NCBI GenBank assembly: GCA_016748015.1
Contig: JAAOMT010000129.1
Coordinates: 372,001-436,000 of the forward strand
Direction: 5' to 3'
DNA from: Geosiphon pyriformis uo1
Lineage: Eukaryota; Fungi; Glomeromycota
DNA length: 64,000 bases
Shown here one piece after another: positions 14,961 to 26,184 of this stretch (the first letter of the stretch is position 1; every line of letters starts with the position of its first letter). The notes under the pieces are model-generated. The model was not told where the DNA came from, searched no databases, and saw only the letters and a list, made by a program, of their open reading frames with translations. The position numbers were made by a program, and so were the translations under genes.

Positions 14961-16759
14961 ATAAAGAAGGCTACCAAAGTTTCTGATTCTGAGGGTGGTT
15001 TTAAGATAGTTGTATCGAAAAAGAAGAGAAAGGGTTGTGTATTGACAAAGAGTGTTGATAATAGTGAGGTTGCTGATAAAGCTCTTGGTAATTGTTCATG
15101 GGGTTCTGAGATGGGTGACACTACTAAATCTGAAAGTATTAACATGGAGGAGGAGTGCTTGGTTGAGAAAACTAGTGTTGACTATGGTAAGAATGGTGCT
15201 TTCAATAGAGGGGATCCTGATCAAACGCCTAAGAGTTTGCATGTAAAGACCAAGAAGATGTTAGGGAAGCCTCTGGGTGTGATTGATTATGGTACTATCA
15301 ATGTAGACAATGACGTGTTAGATGGTTCCTTTCTTTTCCCACCCTCTTTGCCTATCAAACCATCTGTTCAAGTGCCTGTTCACAAGTCCTTTGCTTTGGA
15401 TATTAATCTTGTGGCTGTTGCTGGGAAATCATCTTAGGAGAAATTGAACTTTGTCAGAAAAATTTTCTCAGGTGTAAATGGTTTTGGGGGGGCTTCTGGT
15501 CCCTCAAAATTTGGTGGAATCATCCAGGCATCTTTCACTTCTGAAAAGGCGATAATGACGGCTGCTTAATTGGCAAATGACCGTGGTGTTGTGGTAAACA
15601 CTGATCTTAAGCGCCCCATCAACAATCATACGAATTAGGCAATTGTGTTGAAAGAAATTCCTGTGAGAACTTCCATCGAGGCAGTGCATGCAGCCATTTC
15701 TGAATTTGGGCTTATTAAGTCGATCAAAATGCAGTTGGTGGGTCTATGGCAAAAGGCAATCATCGAATTAGAAGATCAAATTCAGGCTGATCTCTTGGCG
15801 GCTAAGTGGTTTGTTCTTATTGGAAAAGATGCAGTGCATGTGGCCAGGGCCAATGTTGACAAACAAACATGGGACGCCAGAGATGAGTTTAGGGCTTTGC
15901 TTTACACTCTCCCTATGGGTACCACCACTCATGATCTTTGGGACTTCATTGGTTTGGTTGGTGGAAAAACATGTGTTATTGAACGCAGCTCTGTCAGTTA
16001 TGTCTGGGCATGCTGTGCCACTGTGTGCTTCGATTCTGAGGGTAGTCTTATTCAGGCAATGGCAAACACTCCTGTTATAAATGGCGTTGGTCTCCATTGA
16101 TCTCGTTTGACCGCTGCACTGTGTTCAATTTGCAGAAATTCTGGTCATACTTCTCTTACTTGTCATACTGCTGGTGTGTCTTCAAGTCCTAGGAGCAAAA
16201 AAGCTCCTTTTTCAGCTCAGAATCAGCTCCGTTTGGCTAAGATATATGAAAGAAAATCTGTCCCGTTTCCTGTCCTTTGGCTTTCGGTGAAAAAACCTGG
16301 GCCTCCGTGGTTGGTAAACCACTTCCGCTAGCGTCATTTAGTGGTTCAGCTCAATCTGGTTCCGTATCTTATGGTAAACCTCTTCCGACTGTTAGTGGTA
16401 AATTGGAAGACTGTTTGAAGAATATTGAAAGCAGTCTTGTCAGCCTCGCAGGATAAATTGGTGAGTTGGCTAAGAGATTGAACTTATTCGTGCTGGCAGT
16501 TTCCCAGTCTAGCCCTGGATGTCAACTGCTGGTGACCCCTTCATCACAGAATCAAGAGGAGGATATAGTGATGGAAGTGGGTTCGGATGATGCTACTAGT
16601 AACAAGACTGCTGCCATTACAGGTTCAACTGCCTCACCTGAGATTGTAAAATTGGAAAACATGTTGGAAGATCTCTCTGCTTTGGTCATGAGTCTATCGG
16701 CACACTTGAATGGTTTGGCTTTGGCAGGTGGTGCTCTTCCTTTACCTCTTTCTCAATGA
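14961..16759 (+). pseudogene. LINE ORF1 (CCHC knuckle, C-terminal coiled coil), copy A
   Basis: Start ATG mutated to ATA; CSICRNSGHTSLTC knuckle; several in-frame stops at former CAA/CAG/TGG codons; stop overlaps the ORF2 start (ATGA). Confidence 0.88.
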
Positions 16760-19700
16760 GTGGTCTGGTGTAAAAATTTGCTACATGTAATGTTCGTGGG
16801 TTGAACAATCTTGCGAAGCAAGATGATGTCATTTGTTGGCATAGGAATATGGGCAATTTAGTTTCTATTTTCACTGAGTCAAAGCTTAAAGGGAAAGTTC
16901 GTCCATGGTTGGCCAACAAATTTGATGGTGTTCGGGTTTTTATTTCTGGTCTGAATTCTGGTTCTTCGGGTGCTGGGGTGTTAATTGTCATGAATTCTTC
17001 TTTAGCAAAGCACATCTGCAAGATTTCTGAGGTGTCTGGTCAGCTTCTATCTATCAAATTGTTGTTCAGAAATAAACTCTCAGTGTTTATTTTGGGAATC
17101 TATGCTGGTGCATCAGCAGTAACTCGGTTTTCTCAGGCTGGTGAGATCAACTCTCTTATTGCTAAAGCTGTTAATGAGTCCTCTTTTGTTATTCTTGGCA
17201 GTGATTTTAATGAGGATGGTTCACACAGATGTGCCAGTTTCAAGAAATATTCTGATTTGGGTTTGGTTAACTCTCTGGGGAGGAGCTCTTTTGTGAAAAC
17301 ACCTACTTGGTGCAATTCTCATGGTATTACTAAGACTATTGACTACGTGTTTGTTTTTGCTAATTTGGTTGGTGCGGTAATGGATCGTGGTGTGGATGGT
17401 GTTGAGAAATATTTTAATACTGATCACAAGGCTGTTTATGTTTCTATAGAACTGGATGGTCTGCTCAATGTTCAGCTGAACTCAATGCGCAAGCAGGCCA
17501 ATAGGGATTGTTGGAAGTATAATATCAAAAATGCCAATAAGATTAAGTGGTTGGAATTCAGGAATGCTACGGCTGCTAATGCTGTTATGTTCTTGGATGA
17601 GTTTGTTGCGGCTAACCAGTTTTCTGATCTGGATGCTATGTGAAACATTGTTCATAAGGTTGTGGTGCTTTCTGCTGGTGGGACATTCAAAAAAAAATGG
17701 TTCAAGGGTTACGATAGTGTTTTTAATAAGGTTTCATCCAGATTTCATCATCTGGAGCTGTTGGTGTCTAAGCTGGTTAGGAATTCTTGCTTGGTTTCTG
17801 GTGGGAATTTTGCTTCTTTGTTGGAGACATGGGATAAGCTTGATTCTTCTGGTGCATCAGAGGTGAAGTCTCTGTTCCTTTCAGGTTTTGGTTTTGATCA
17901 CATTCGTTCTGCACTGGCCAAAGCAAGAAAGTTGTACCATGCTTCTAAGTTGTTGGAGTCCAGACAAGCTGAGGAATCTTCAATCAAGTAAGCTATTGGT
18001 AAGAGGATGGAGAGTTTTGAACTGGACAAAGGTCACACCATTAGAAATGTTTTGGAGTGTCCCTTTCGCAAGGTGGCCTTAGATCATCTGGTTGTGGGAG
18101 ATGAGTTGGTTTTGGAGCCTGAATCTGTCAAATCAAAGGTAGATGAAATCATGAAAGATTGGACTAGGAAGCATCAGGTGATTAATGATGTCTCAGATGA
18201 TTGGTGCCTCCAATATCGGCTGCTGAAGTATGTTTTTGATGGAGCTTTTTCTGGTGTCATGTGTTCGATTGAGTATAATGAATTCCTTGGGATGGTTTCT
18301 GATCTTCCGGATGGTAAAACAGCTGGTTTGTCGGGTATTTCAAATGAGCTTTGGAAACATTGTGATAAGTCGGTTTTAGATTTGTTGTTGGTGCTCTTGA
18401 ACTCTTGTTTGTCTAGTGAATCAGTGCCCGGCCCTTGGAAGGAAGCATGGGTCTCAATGATTCCCAAACCTTATGAGTGGGAAGGTGTTTTGACAAACAC
18501 ATGTCCTATTGTCTTAATCAAAACGGCTCGTAAAATTCTCTCTAAGATCCTCTTTGACAGAATTTCTTTGGCATGCAGTACTTTTGACGTGCTTTAGGGG
18601 GACAATTTTTTGGTTCTTAAGAGCACATCAATCCAGTCTTCTATTTTTGCAGTTGGATCGGTGGTCGAGGATGCTTTGGAAAAAAACAGGAAGCTCTGGC
18701 TGGTTCTACAGAACATGCGAAAGACGTATAACTCAGTTGGCTGGGAGCATCTCAAAAAGAGTTTGGTTAGGGTTAAGATGTGTAACAAATTTATTTTGTT
18801 TTTTAGTGGTATTTATGGGGATTGTACTAACTGAGTTATGACTGATTTTGGATTGACTAGTGGTTATCATGTGCACGATGGTTTGAACCAGGGAGAGGTC
18901 TTTTCTCCTCTTCTCTGGCGCATATTTTATGATCCTCTTTTGTGTGAAGTCAAAAAACAGGAGAGTGTATGTGGGTATAGGTTGAATTCTCACTTTGTTT
19001 CCAAGAATAGTCGTTCCGAATTCCATGCTGGGTTTTCTTCTTTTTTTGCCACTAGTGCTTTTGTTGATGATACGATTTGGGTTGACAGCAGTCAGACAGC
19101 TACTCAACATATTTTCAATGTTGCTAGTAAATTTTTTCGTGTCAATAACATCTCTATTAATAATGACAAAACAGTAGCCATTCTTATCAATAACAGAGTT
19201 AGCAATCCCTCTCTTTCTATCAGCAGTTCGCCCATTTCTATTGCCAAAAAGGGAGAATCTCACCAATATCTGGACATTTTCATATTGACTGAAGGTCTTT
19301 TGAAGCCTAACTTGATTAAGGCACATTTGGATGTTTGCTTTTTCACCAATCTGATGTTGAGAAAGGTAGTCTCAGATAAGCAGTTCTTGTATTTGGTGTC
19401 AGCAGTTCTGTTTTCAATAGTCAGCTATAGAACTCAGTTCAGTTTTATTCCTGTTGGCATGTGCAACAAGTAGGATGCTCTGATTCGTAAAGGCTTAAAG
19501 CTCAAGTCTGGTTTGCCGCTTGATTTCTCTAATGATGTGATTTATCACCCTTCGTTTTATGGTTTAAAGTCATTTTTTCAGGTTTAATCTGAGAGCAAGA
19601 TTGCTTCCCTTATCGGTTTTGCAAACTCTGGTGGTATTTTGGGTCATTTGTTTTCCCACAGGTCTCATGACTTGCAAGTTCTGTGTTGGCGTCTTGTTTA

Positions 19701-21442
19701 TCCATTGAGTTCTCCTGTTTGTATTCATGTCAGTGCATCTAATAACTTTTTGACAGGCATGATTCGTGTTCTTCTCGATTGCAGTGTGTCTCTGGGTGGC
19801 TCTTTAGTTAGTTCCTTTCGATCTCATGGTGAAGTGCCTATGTCTGAAGTTCTGGGTGAGTCAAGGTTTCTCAGGTTTCTCCCTTCCCTTCAGTGGTATG
19901 GTATTGCCTTTGTGGATCAACTTTGTGACCGTCATGGTGCTGTCTTTAGTTGGTACACTTTCAAGAGGTGGAAGAGATTGGACCTCTGTAGTCCAGTTCC
20001 TGAGTGGTTTAAGCTTTCTGTTTTGTTTCTCAATAGTGTGGAACCTTCTTACACTCAGTCTTTAGTTTTGGGTAATAGTGAGCCTTTGAACATTCTTGAG
20101 TCTGGTGATTTTGTATCTGTTTGTGATCATCTCTTGACAACTGGTGCTAACAGCCTGTCAGTATATACGGATAGGTCCCTTAGTAATCTAGGCACGGTTG
20201 ACTGTAGAGCTGGTGCTGCTGTTTTTTTTGAGGACATTGGTTTGAGTTTGAGTGTTAGTGTGTTGGGTTTGATGTCGTCTACTTTGGCAGAATTGCAGGC
20301 CGTTGCCTTGGCTATGGAGTGTGTTTTCTTATCAAGCTCTGTTTGTTTGTTCTTGGATACAATTGGCTTTGGATGCTTGCAGGTCAGAGTTGAGTCTGGT
20401 GTATCCCAATTATCATAATTAGTGTTGGGTCAAACATTATCATATTGTCAACATAATTTGCAGTAAGAAGTTGAGAGTTAGCTTTCACAAGATAAAAGGT
20501 CATTCTGGTGTTTCGGAAAATGAGCGTACTGACGCGATTGCTGGTGCCGCTTCTCTCTCCAATTGGTATCTTCCCCCTCGCTTGAATGAGCATTTCTTGT
20601 CAGCTGATGGTAGTATTGTTTCTGGAAATTTGAGGCATTTTGTATGTAATATTTATCATTCTATTTGTCATGCACAATGGGAGGTTGGTTCTGATTCTGG
20701 GGTTTTGGTGGGCAGTTTGTCTTCTGAGGTTGATTGGCCCTGCTCATCATTGGTATGACATCCTGATTTGCACATGGCAGCAAGTTTCACCAGCAGGTCT
20801 ACGTCCAGTATGTGTACTTACTTTATGAAGTCTTTACACCATTAGCTGCCAGTTGCTGTTTGAAAATGCCTCTATGATAGACGTTATTCTAGCATGTTGT
20901 GCTTGTATTGTGGTGAGGTGGAGGTGTCGGATCATGTGTTCTCTTGCAAGGTTGATGGGTCTGTTAGATGTCAGTTGTTGGAGTCTTATGTAGGGTCCTG
21001 AAAGGTGATTTCTGGTTCCTCTCATTCTTCTTTGGGTATATTACAGCTGTTATCATCCAGTGTTTCTGATTCTTCTGTGTCCACAGCTCTTTTTAAGGGC
21101 TTTGTTTTCAATGGTTGGTTTTGTGAGGCTGTTTTCGTCTTTCATGACTTCAAGATTGCTGTTTTGGAGATTGTCAAGTTTGTGCACTCTCTTGGTCTTG
21201 CTTTCAGAGAGGAAGTCTGGTCAGTCTGTGCTAAGTATTGTACATATATGGAAAAGAATGGACTGATCCCACTAGATGGTTTGGCCGGTGTCTCAGTTCA
21301 TGGTTTGGCTTCGAGGTTCTCTGCAGGGATAGTTAGGTTACTTGGTGTCACTAATGCTTTAGGTATTCATTTTGGTTTTCACAAGTCTTGCTTGTTCTTT
21401 TCGGGTATAGGTGATTCGGTGTCAGTTCATATAGCTGTGTAG
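16756..21442 (+). pseudogene. LINE ORF2 (APE endonuclease, reverse transcriptase, RNase H, zinc finger), copy A
   Basis: ATCNVRG..FTESKL, (G)DFN, TIDYVF, TDHKAV; RT QGEVFSPLLWRIFYDPLL and AFVDD; RNase H VYTD, AELQAV, KGHSG..NERTD; CLYCGEVEVSDHVFSC. Multiple stops and a frameshift near 20360. Confidence 0.93.
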
Positions 21443-21932
21443 TGTTGTTCTGATCGGCCCGAGTGGCTGGTCATATGTAGATAGTGCATGATTCATGTCT
21501 AATTTAGATCGATTCCTTGATATATAGTGCTAGGTTGTGTTTAGACCTCACTCGTAAAATAAAATAAAATAAAAAAATTAAATTAATTTATGTATATTAT
21601 TAAAAAAATATCTATCTATAATTCTAAAATTAAAACCAAAAAATTGTTTTTAAATATCAATTTAACAAATAAAAAAAGCTTTACAATCTTATAAACTTTA
21701 AATATATATAAGCTAAATTAATATTTATAATAATTATAATATTAAAACTTATATAATTGGTTTTTAAATTAAAAATAAAATACATAACTTTTTAAATTTA
21801 TGTTTTAATTATAACCAAATTTTATTTTTTTTGTAATAATAAATAGCAGATTATTTGATTTATTATATTATTTAATAATATTTAATTATTTAATAAGATT
21901 GTTTATTTTTAAATATTATATATATATATATA

Positions 21933-24240
21933 TTTTATTTTTATAAGTACAGCCCAACTACTATTTAGTATACAAAAACAAAGTAAATGAATCAAACTAA
22001 ATGTGGTTCATGTGCTTACTACATGTGACTGGCTACTCAAATAAATCAAGATAATACTACACACCTATTAGAACTCTTATACTACTGTCCAAACCAGAAA
22101 AAAACAAACATGGCTTGTACAAACCAAAACTAACAGCAAAAAATTTGACTAGACCAAGTAAATGAGCCACTTCTTCTGACAGCAAACAGAATCTACTACA
22201 CAACAGATTAGGCACTACATCTATATTACACACCAAGCCAGATTTTTTCATCAGAGTCCTAAACTTAAATCTCAACAATTACAACTTATTACAATGCTTA
22301 TTAACAAAGTAATGAACAAAGTCTGCTATTACTTGAAGAGCTTTTTTTTTATTCTTAAAATGCAATACTATCTCCTTTACCCAATTTTTTAGAACAAAAT
22401 CTTTGCACAAGATTGTATAAACACTAATATTTAAAGTCTTAACAAAGAGAGTATAAAGCACTAAAGAAGAAGTTGGAGAGTAACTCTCAATTAAAGATTT
22501 TCACAAACCAATATAATCCAAAATAATTTCAGAGCATATAGAAACATTTTTTATGCAGATAAAAACATGATCAGACAGCTCCACATTACTACACATTAAG
22601 CATAAAACACCTGAATACTTTCTGTTATACAGTCTTTTATGGACAGTCACTAGCAATCTTTTATGAATGACTTTCATCAAATATGTTTGCAGTATAGCTG
22701 ACTTCTTGTTGGTGAAACCAGTCAACATATGAGAATTTGGATGCCAAATTGAAACAATACAATTCCAATTAATGTGTTGGATAAAGGAACTCTTCAAGAT
22801 ATCAACACTCAAATCTGCTTCTTATAATATCCAACAAACAGTTCAATAGACATTACAAACAAAATGACAGACATTGCCTAAAATCACCTGACCATTTACC
22901 ATAAGAACTTTTTTGTGAACTCCAAGAGGAAGAACCAAATGTGATCCAGCAGCTACACAGACAATAGCATCAGCCTAATCATTATCCATGTCTTTCGAAT
23001 GGCCTTTCACCTTCACTTATCTTACAGAAATGTTTTTTAACTTAATTAAATTGGCAATATGACATCTTTCTATTTAACACCTATTCCAAAAGTCAGATTA
23101 ACATCAACTATATTCTAATAAACATGCATCCAACTATCCATGTGTAAGACCACTAAACAAGATAAAAGAATACATTCTAGAGTTAAAGCAATTGCTTATA
23201 ATTCAGACAATGTTAAAGCCAACAAGTCACTTATTTAAACACTCACACCAATCCCAATATCAAAAAAATATGCTATTGCACCACTAAAAATCTGTAAAGT
23301 TCCCAAATTTTTTAATGACCCATTAGTGTAAACATTAATTGCTCTTCCTCATATCTTGTGCAATCATTCACATACTTCCAAAAATTCAGTAAAGAGCAGG
23401 AAGTTTGAACTGTCTAAATAAGCACCAACATTGGAGGACTCTACCAAAAGATTATTTATAAACATATATGCTTTTTTAAACTATAGAGAAATGAGACCCT
23501 TTAAACACAATCTCTTTTAATGTTAAAAAGTTCTCTAATTTATAACCAAACTATTTTTGTCCAGTAAAATATTCCCAAAAACAACATCAAATTGCTTCAA
23601 AGAATAGACTATATTAAAATAAAAAGCATGTTCCAATATTTTGGACATTGAATAGTGGTCAAGTGTACAAAATGCATTAGACAAATTATTAGCCAAGAAC
23701 ATCCTAGTGTCCAAAAAGATCTTCATAATGCCAGCCAAAAAGTTATTTCTCAGATTAACTTTTAACTTGGCAGGAAACTGCAAAGGATCCAGAGGTGCTT
23801 ACTCTAAAACCTGCAAATCTAAAGCATAGTACTCAAAAAACTGGCCAAGAATACTAAAAACATTAGAAAACTCAATAACTGAAGCTATTTTGGCTTTAGT
23901 CTGGATCTGTTTGAAAGATTTCAAATCATATAAAGAAGAGTAATGCAAAACTTTATTAGAAAAATCTTTTGACAAATTTGCTTTAAACTTGAGCTCTTTT
24001 TTTATCAAAATATCTTATTTGTAATATACACTCTTGGATACAAAGCTAAATTGCATACAATAACTAATAATAGATTGTAAAACTACCAAAACCAGATAAG
24101 AAAACTACTTATTTGACACTGCTTTCCTGAGAATTATATTCGAAAAAAACTTCATGTTTGAATGAATCTTGACAAGACTCAGATTAGATGGACTTTTCTT
24201 AGACAAAAAGATATTCAGATATCAGTGAAATTTCTCACAT
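21933..24240 (-). mobile_element. 5'-truncated LINE of a related subfamily, moderately eroded
   Basis: Reverse strand gives post-RT region, RNase H, CLMCSNVELSDHVFIC, ORF2 end (stop at 22057), 3'UTR and poly(T) on +. TATATATT-like flanks at both ends. Confidence 0.88.
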
Positions 24241-25411
24241 TATATATTACAAATTTTTGAATGTAATTAGTTATTAAAAAAGAGAAATATTTAATCTTAA
24301 AACCAATTTAAAACTGTTAACTTTTATTATTAGTTTTATTATAATTTTAGACAAATTTTTTATGTTTAACTTTAATTTAATAATATTTTAAAAACCCAAA
24401 AAACTACAAATTAAAACAATTTTATTGCTAATAATTATATTTAAACTCTTTTTTATTATTATATTATCTATTTAATCTTGTAATAAGAAAGTTATTAATA
24501 ACTTATATTTAAAACAAAGCTAAAAAACCATTAATATAAGTGTATTTAATTTTTTTACTAACTTGTTAACTTGTTTTACAAAGCCATAAAACTGTATTTT
24601 AAATTAACAAATCTTAAATCAATATTATTATAAATTTTGTAATCAAAAATGAATTAAAAGTTAAAAAAACACTAAAAAAAAGAAAAATAAAACACTATTA
24701 GTTATTTGGATTTATGTTTTATTACCAAAAAAACAAATTAAGAAATAAAAATTTGTTTTTAGCATAAATTCATATCAAGTACTGTTTATCTAAATTTAAT
24801 AAATTAACCAACAGATTTCTTATTAAATATACAAAATAATAATATATGACCAAAATAATTACAACCAGTATATTTTTGTATAAATAAATCTGTTTAGCAC
24901 AAACTAATATTCTTGAAAATTAGAATTGACCAAATAATAATAGCTTTGATCTTTTTAGCAATAATAATGCTTTTTTTAAGCAATACACATTTTTATGCAT
25001 ATTACTATTAATTATAATATATATATGAATATATAAATTATTTTAGTATTTAGAAAAGTAAAAGGAGTAATAAACTGATTGTTAAAACAAAAAGAAATAT
25101 TGTTATTATTATTTATTTTTTGGGTTTTATAAGAAGAGATAATCGAAGATTTATCTTAATTATTATTACAGTCAACTTTTTTTAAAAGCGCGTCGTCGGA
25201 ACCGAAAATGTGGATTTAAAAAATAGTTTTTTGAATACTAGATCACATAATTTGAGACTAGAAAAGAGCATGCATTTAAAGAGAAATTGCACTTATAAAG
25301 GTTGGATTTAGGAAGAGTTGAGTCTATTATTTAATATTTATCTAAATAGTAACATGTAATTCCATCTTTTCACGTGATTAAAGAGTAGATAAATTCCGAT
25401 CCCCAAGTAAA

Positions 25412-25417
25412 ACGCGT
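25412..25417. promoter_or_regulatory. MCB-like ACGCGT element upstream of RPA3 (CACGTG E-box at 25371-25376)
   Basis: ACGCGT ~40 bp upstream of the RPA3 ATG. MCB elements are typical of fungal DNA-replication gene promoters; function is inferred only. Confidence 0.4.
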
Positions 25418-25453
25418 CAAATGTTTTAACATACCACATTCAGATTCTTTGAT

Positions 25454-26029
25454 ATGGAAAACGTTCGCCCACGATTATCCGCTGCACAACTTTCGACCAA
25501 CCGAGGTCAATTAGTTACTATAGTTGGTCGTATAGTAGAAGTTTGTAACATTTTATTAATTTTTTGAGTTTTTACTACTCAATTGGTAAAGAAAAACTTT
25601 TTTCCCACTTAAGTTGAAATTTATGCACTTTTATAATAAACCAGTCAACTTCAGGTAAGGCTATATTGCAAGCGCATGACAAAGGGATAGTGAACATAAA
25701 AACAATACAGGTGAGGTAAAAGGGAGAGAAGCCTTTACGTCGGTTTTTCTTAATCAACTAGGTTCTTTGAACTTAAATTTTCTCCTCCGTTAACGTAGGA
25801 TCAAAACTTCCAGCAAGGGTTTGTGGAGGTTGTTGGTCGCGTTATGGATGATTTGACGGTTGAAGAACTCAACTCGATTAATCTCGGGGATAATTTTGGT
25901 AAGGAAGCGATTTTTCGCAAATTATGGTTTTTTTAATATTAAAATGTCCGGGCATCTTTCAAAGACATAGATCTTTATGCTGATGTGATAGAAATTTCAA
26001 AGAAATATCCAAGTCTGATGGGATTATAA
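25454..26029 (+). CDS. RPA3: Replication protein A 14 kDa subunit (OB fold), 4 exons
   Basis: Exons 25454-25540, 25645-25710, 25799-25898, 25965-26029: MENVRPRLSAAQLSTNRGQLVTIVGRIVE|STSGKAILQAHDKGIVNIKTIQ|DQNFQQGFVEVVGRVMDDLTVEELNSINLGDNF|DIDLYADVIEISKKYPSLMGL*. Absent from the ORF track. Confidence 0.88.
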
Positions 26030-26184
26030 GGAGCTATACCCTCTGCAGATCTTTCGCCATTTAAGAGAGGTAACCATCTAGAATTTTTAAATTTATAATT
26101 ATAATACATATATTTCGGTCTCTCGGAGCCGCCTTCGGTCGTTGTGTTGCGCTTTACAAGGAATGGAGTTTTCAAAGTGTCTAA

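Larger units (their letters stand above)
14815..21575 (+). mobile_element. Full-length non-LTR retrotransposon (LINE copy A), inactivated
   Basis: 5'UTR shared with copy B; ORF1 and ORF2; (AAAAT)n tail; TSD AATTAAATTAA at 14804-14814 and 21576-21586. Confidence 0.95.
10345..25000 (-). mobile_element. Ghost (heavily transition-eroded) LINE acting as host for nested insertions
   Basis: Pieces ~10345-10503 (3'UTR), 11978-12640, 13890-13925, 14200-14803, 21587-21925 and 24241-25000. Reverse-strand translation gives VKLIFKNNFLVLILEL (cf. IKLLFKNKLSVSILGL, APE domain), KLKLNIKNLSKIIIKLIIKVNSF (cf. KLEDNMKCLMETVLGLSAKVDSF, ORF1 end) and an ORF2 C-terminal pattern. Pieces are colinear with 47330-49030. 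Confidence 0.75.

Noticed and set aside
14961-21442. In-frame stops as programmed readthrough or an alternative genetic code
   Set aside because: Stops differ between copies and map to Gln/Arg/Trp codons through single transitions; host genes use the standard code.
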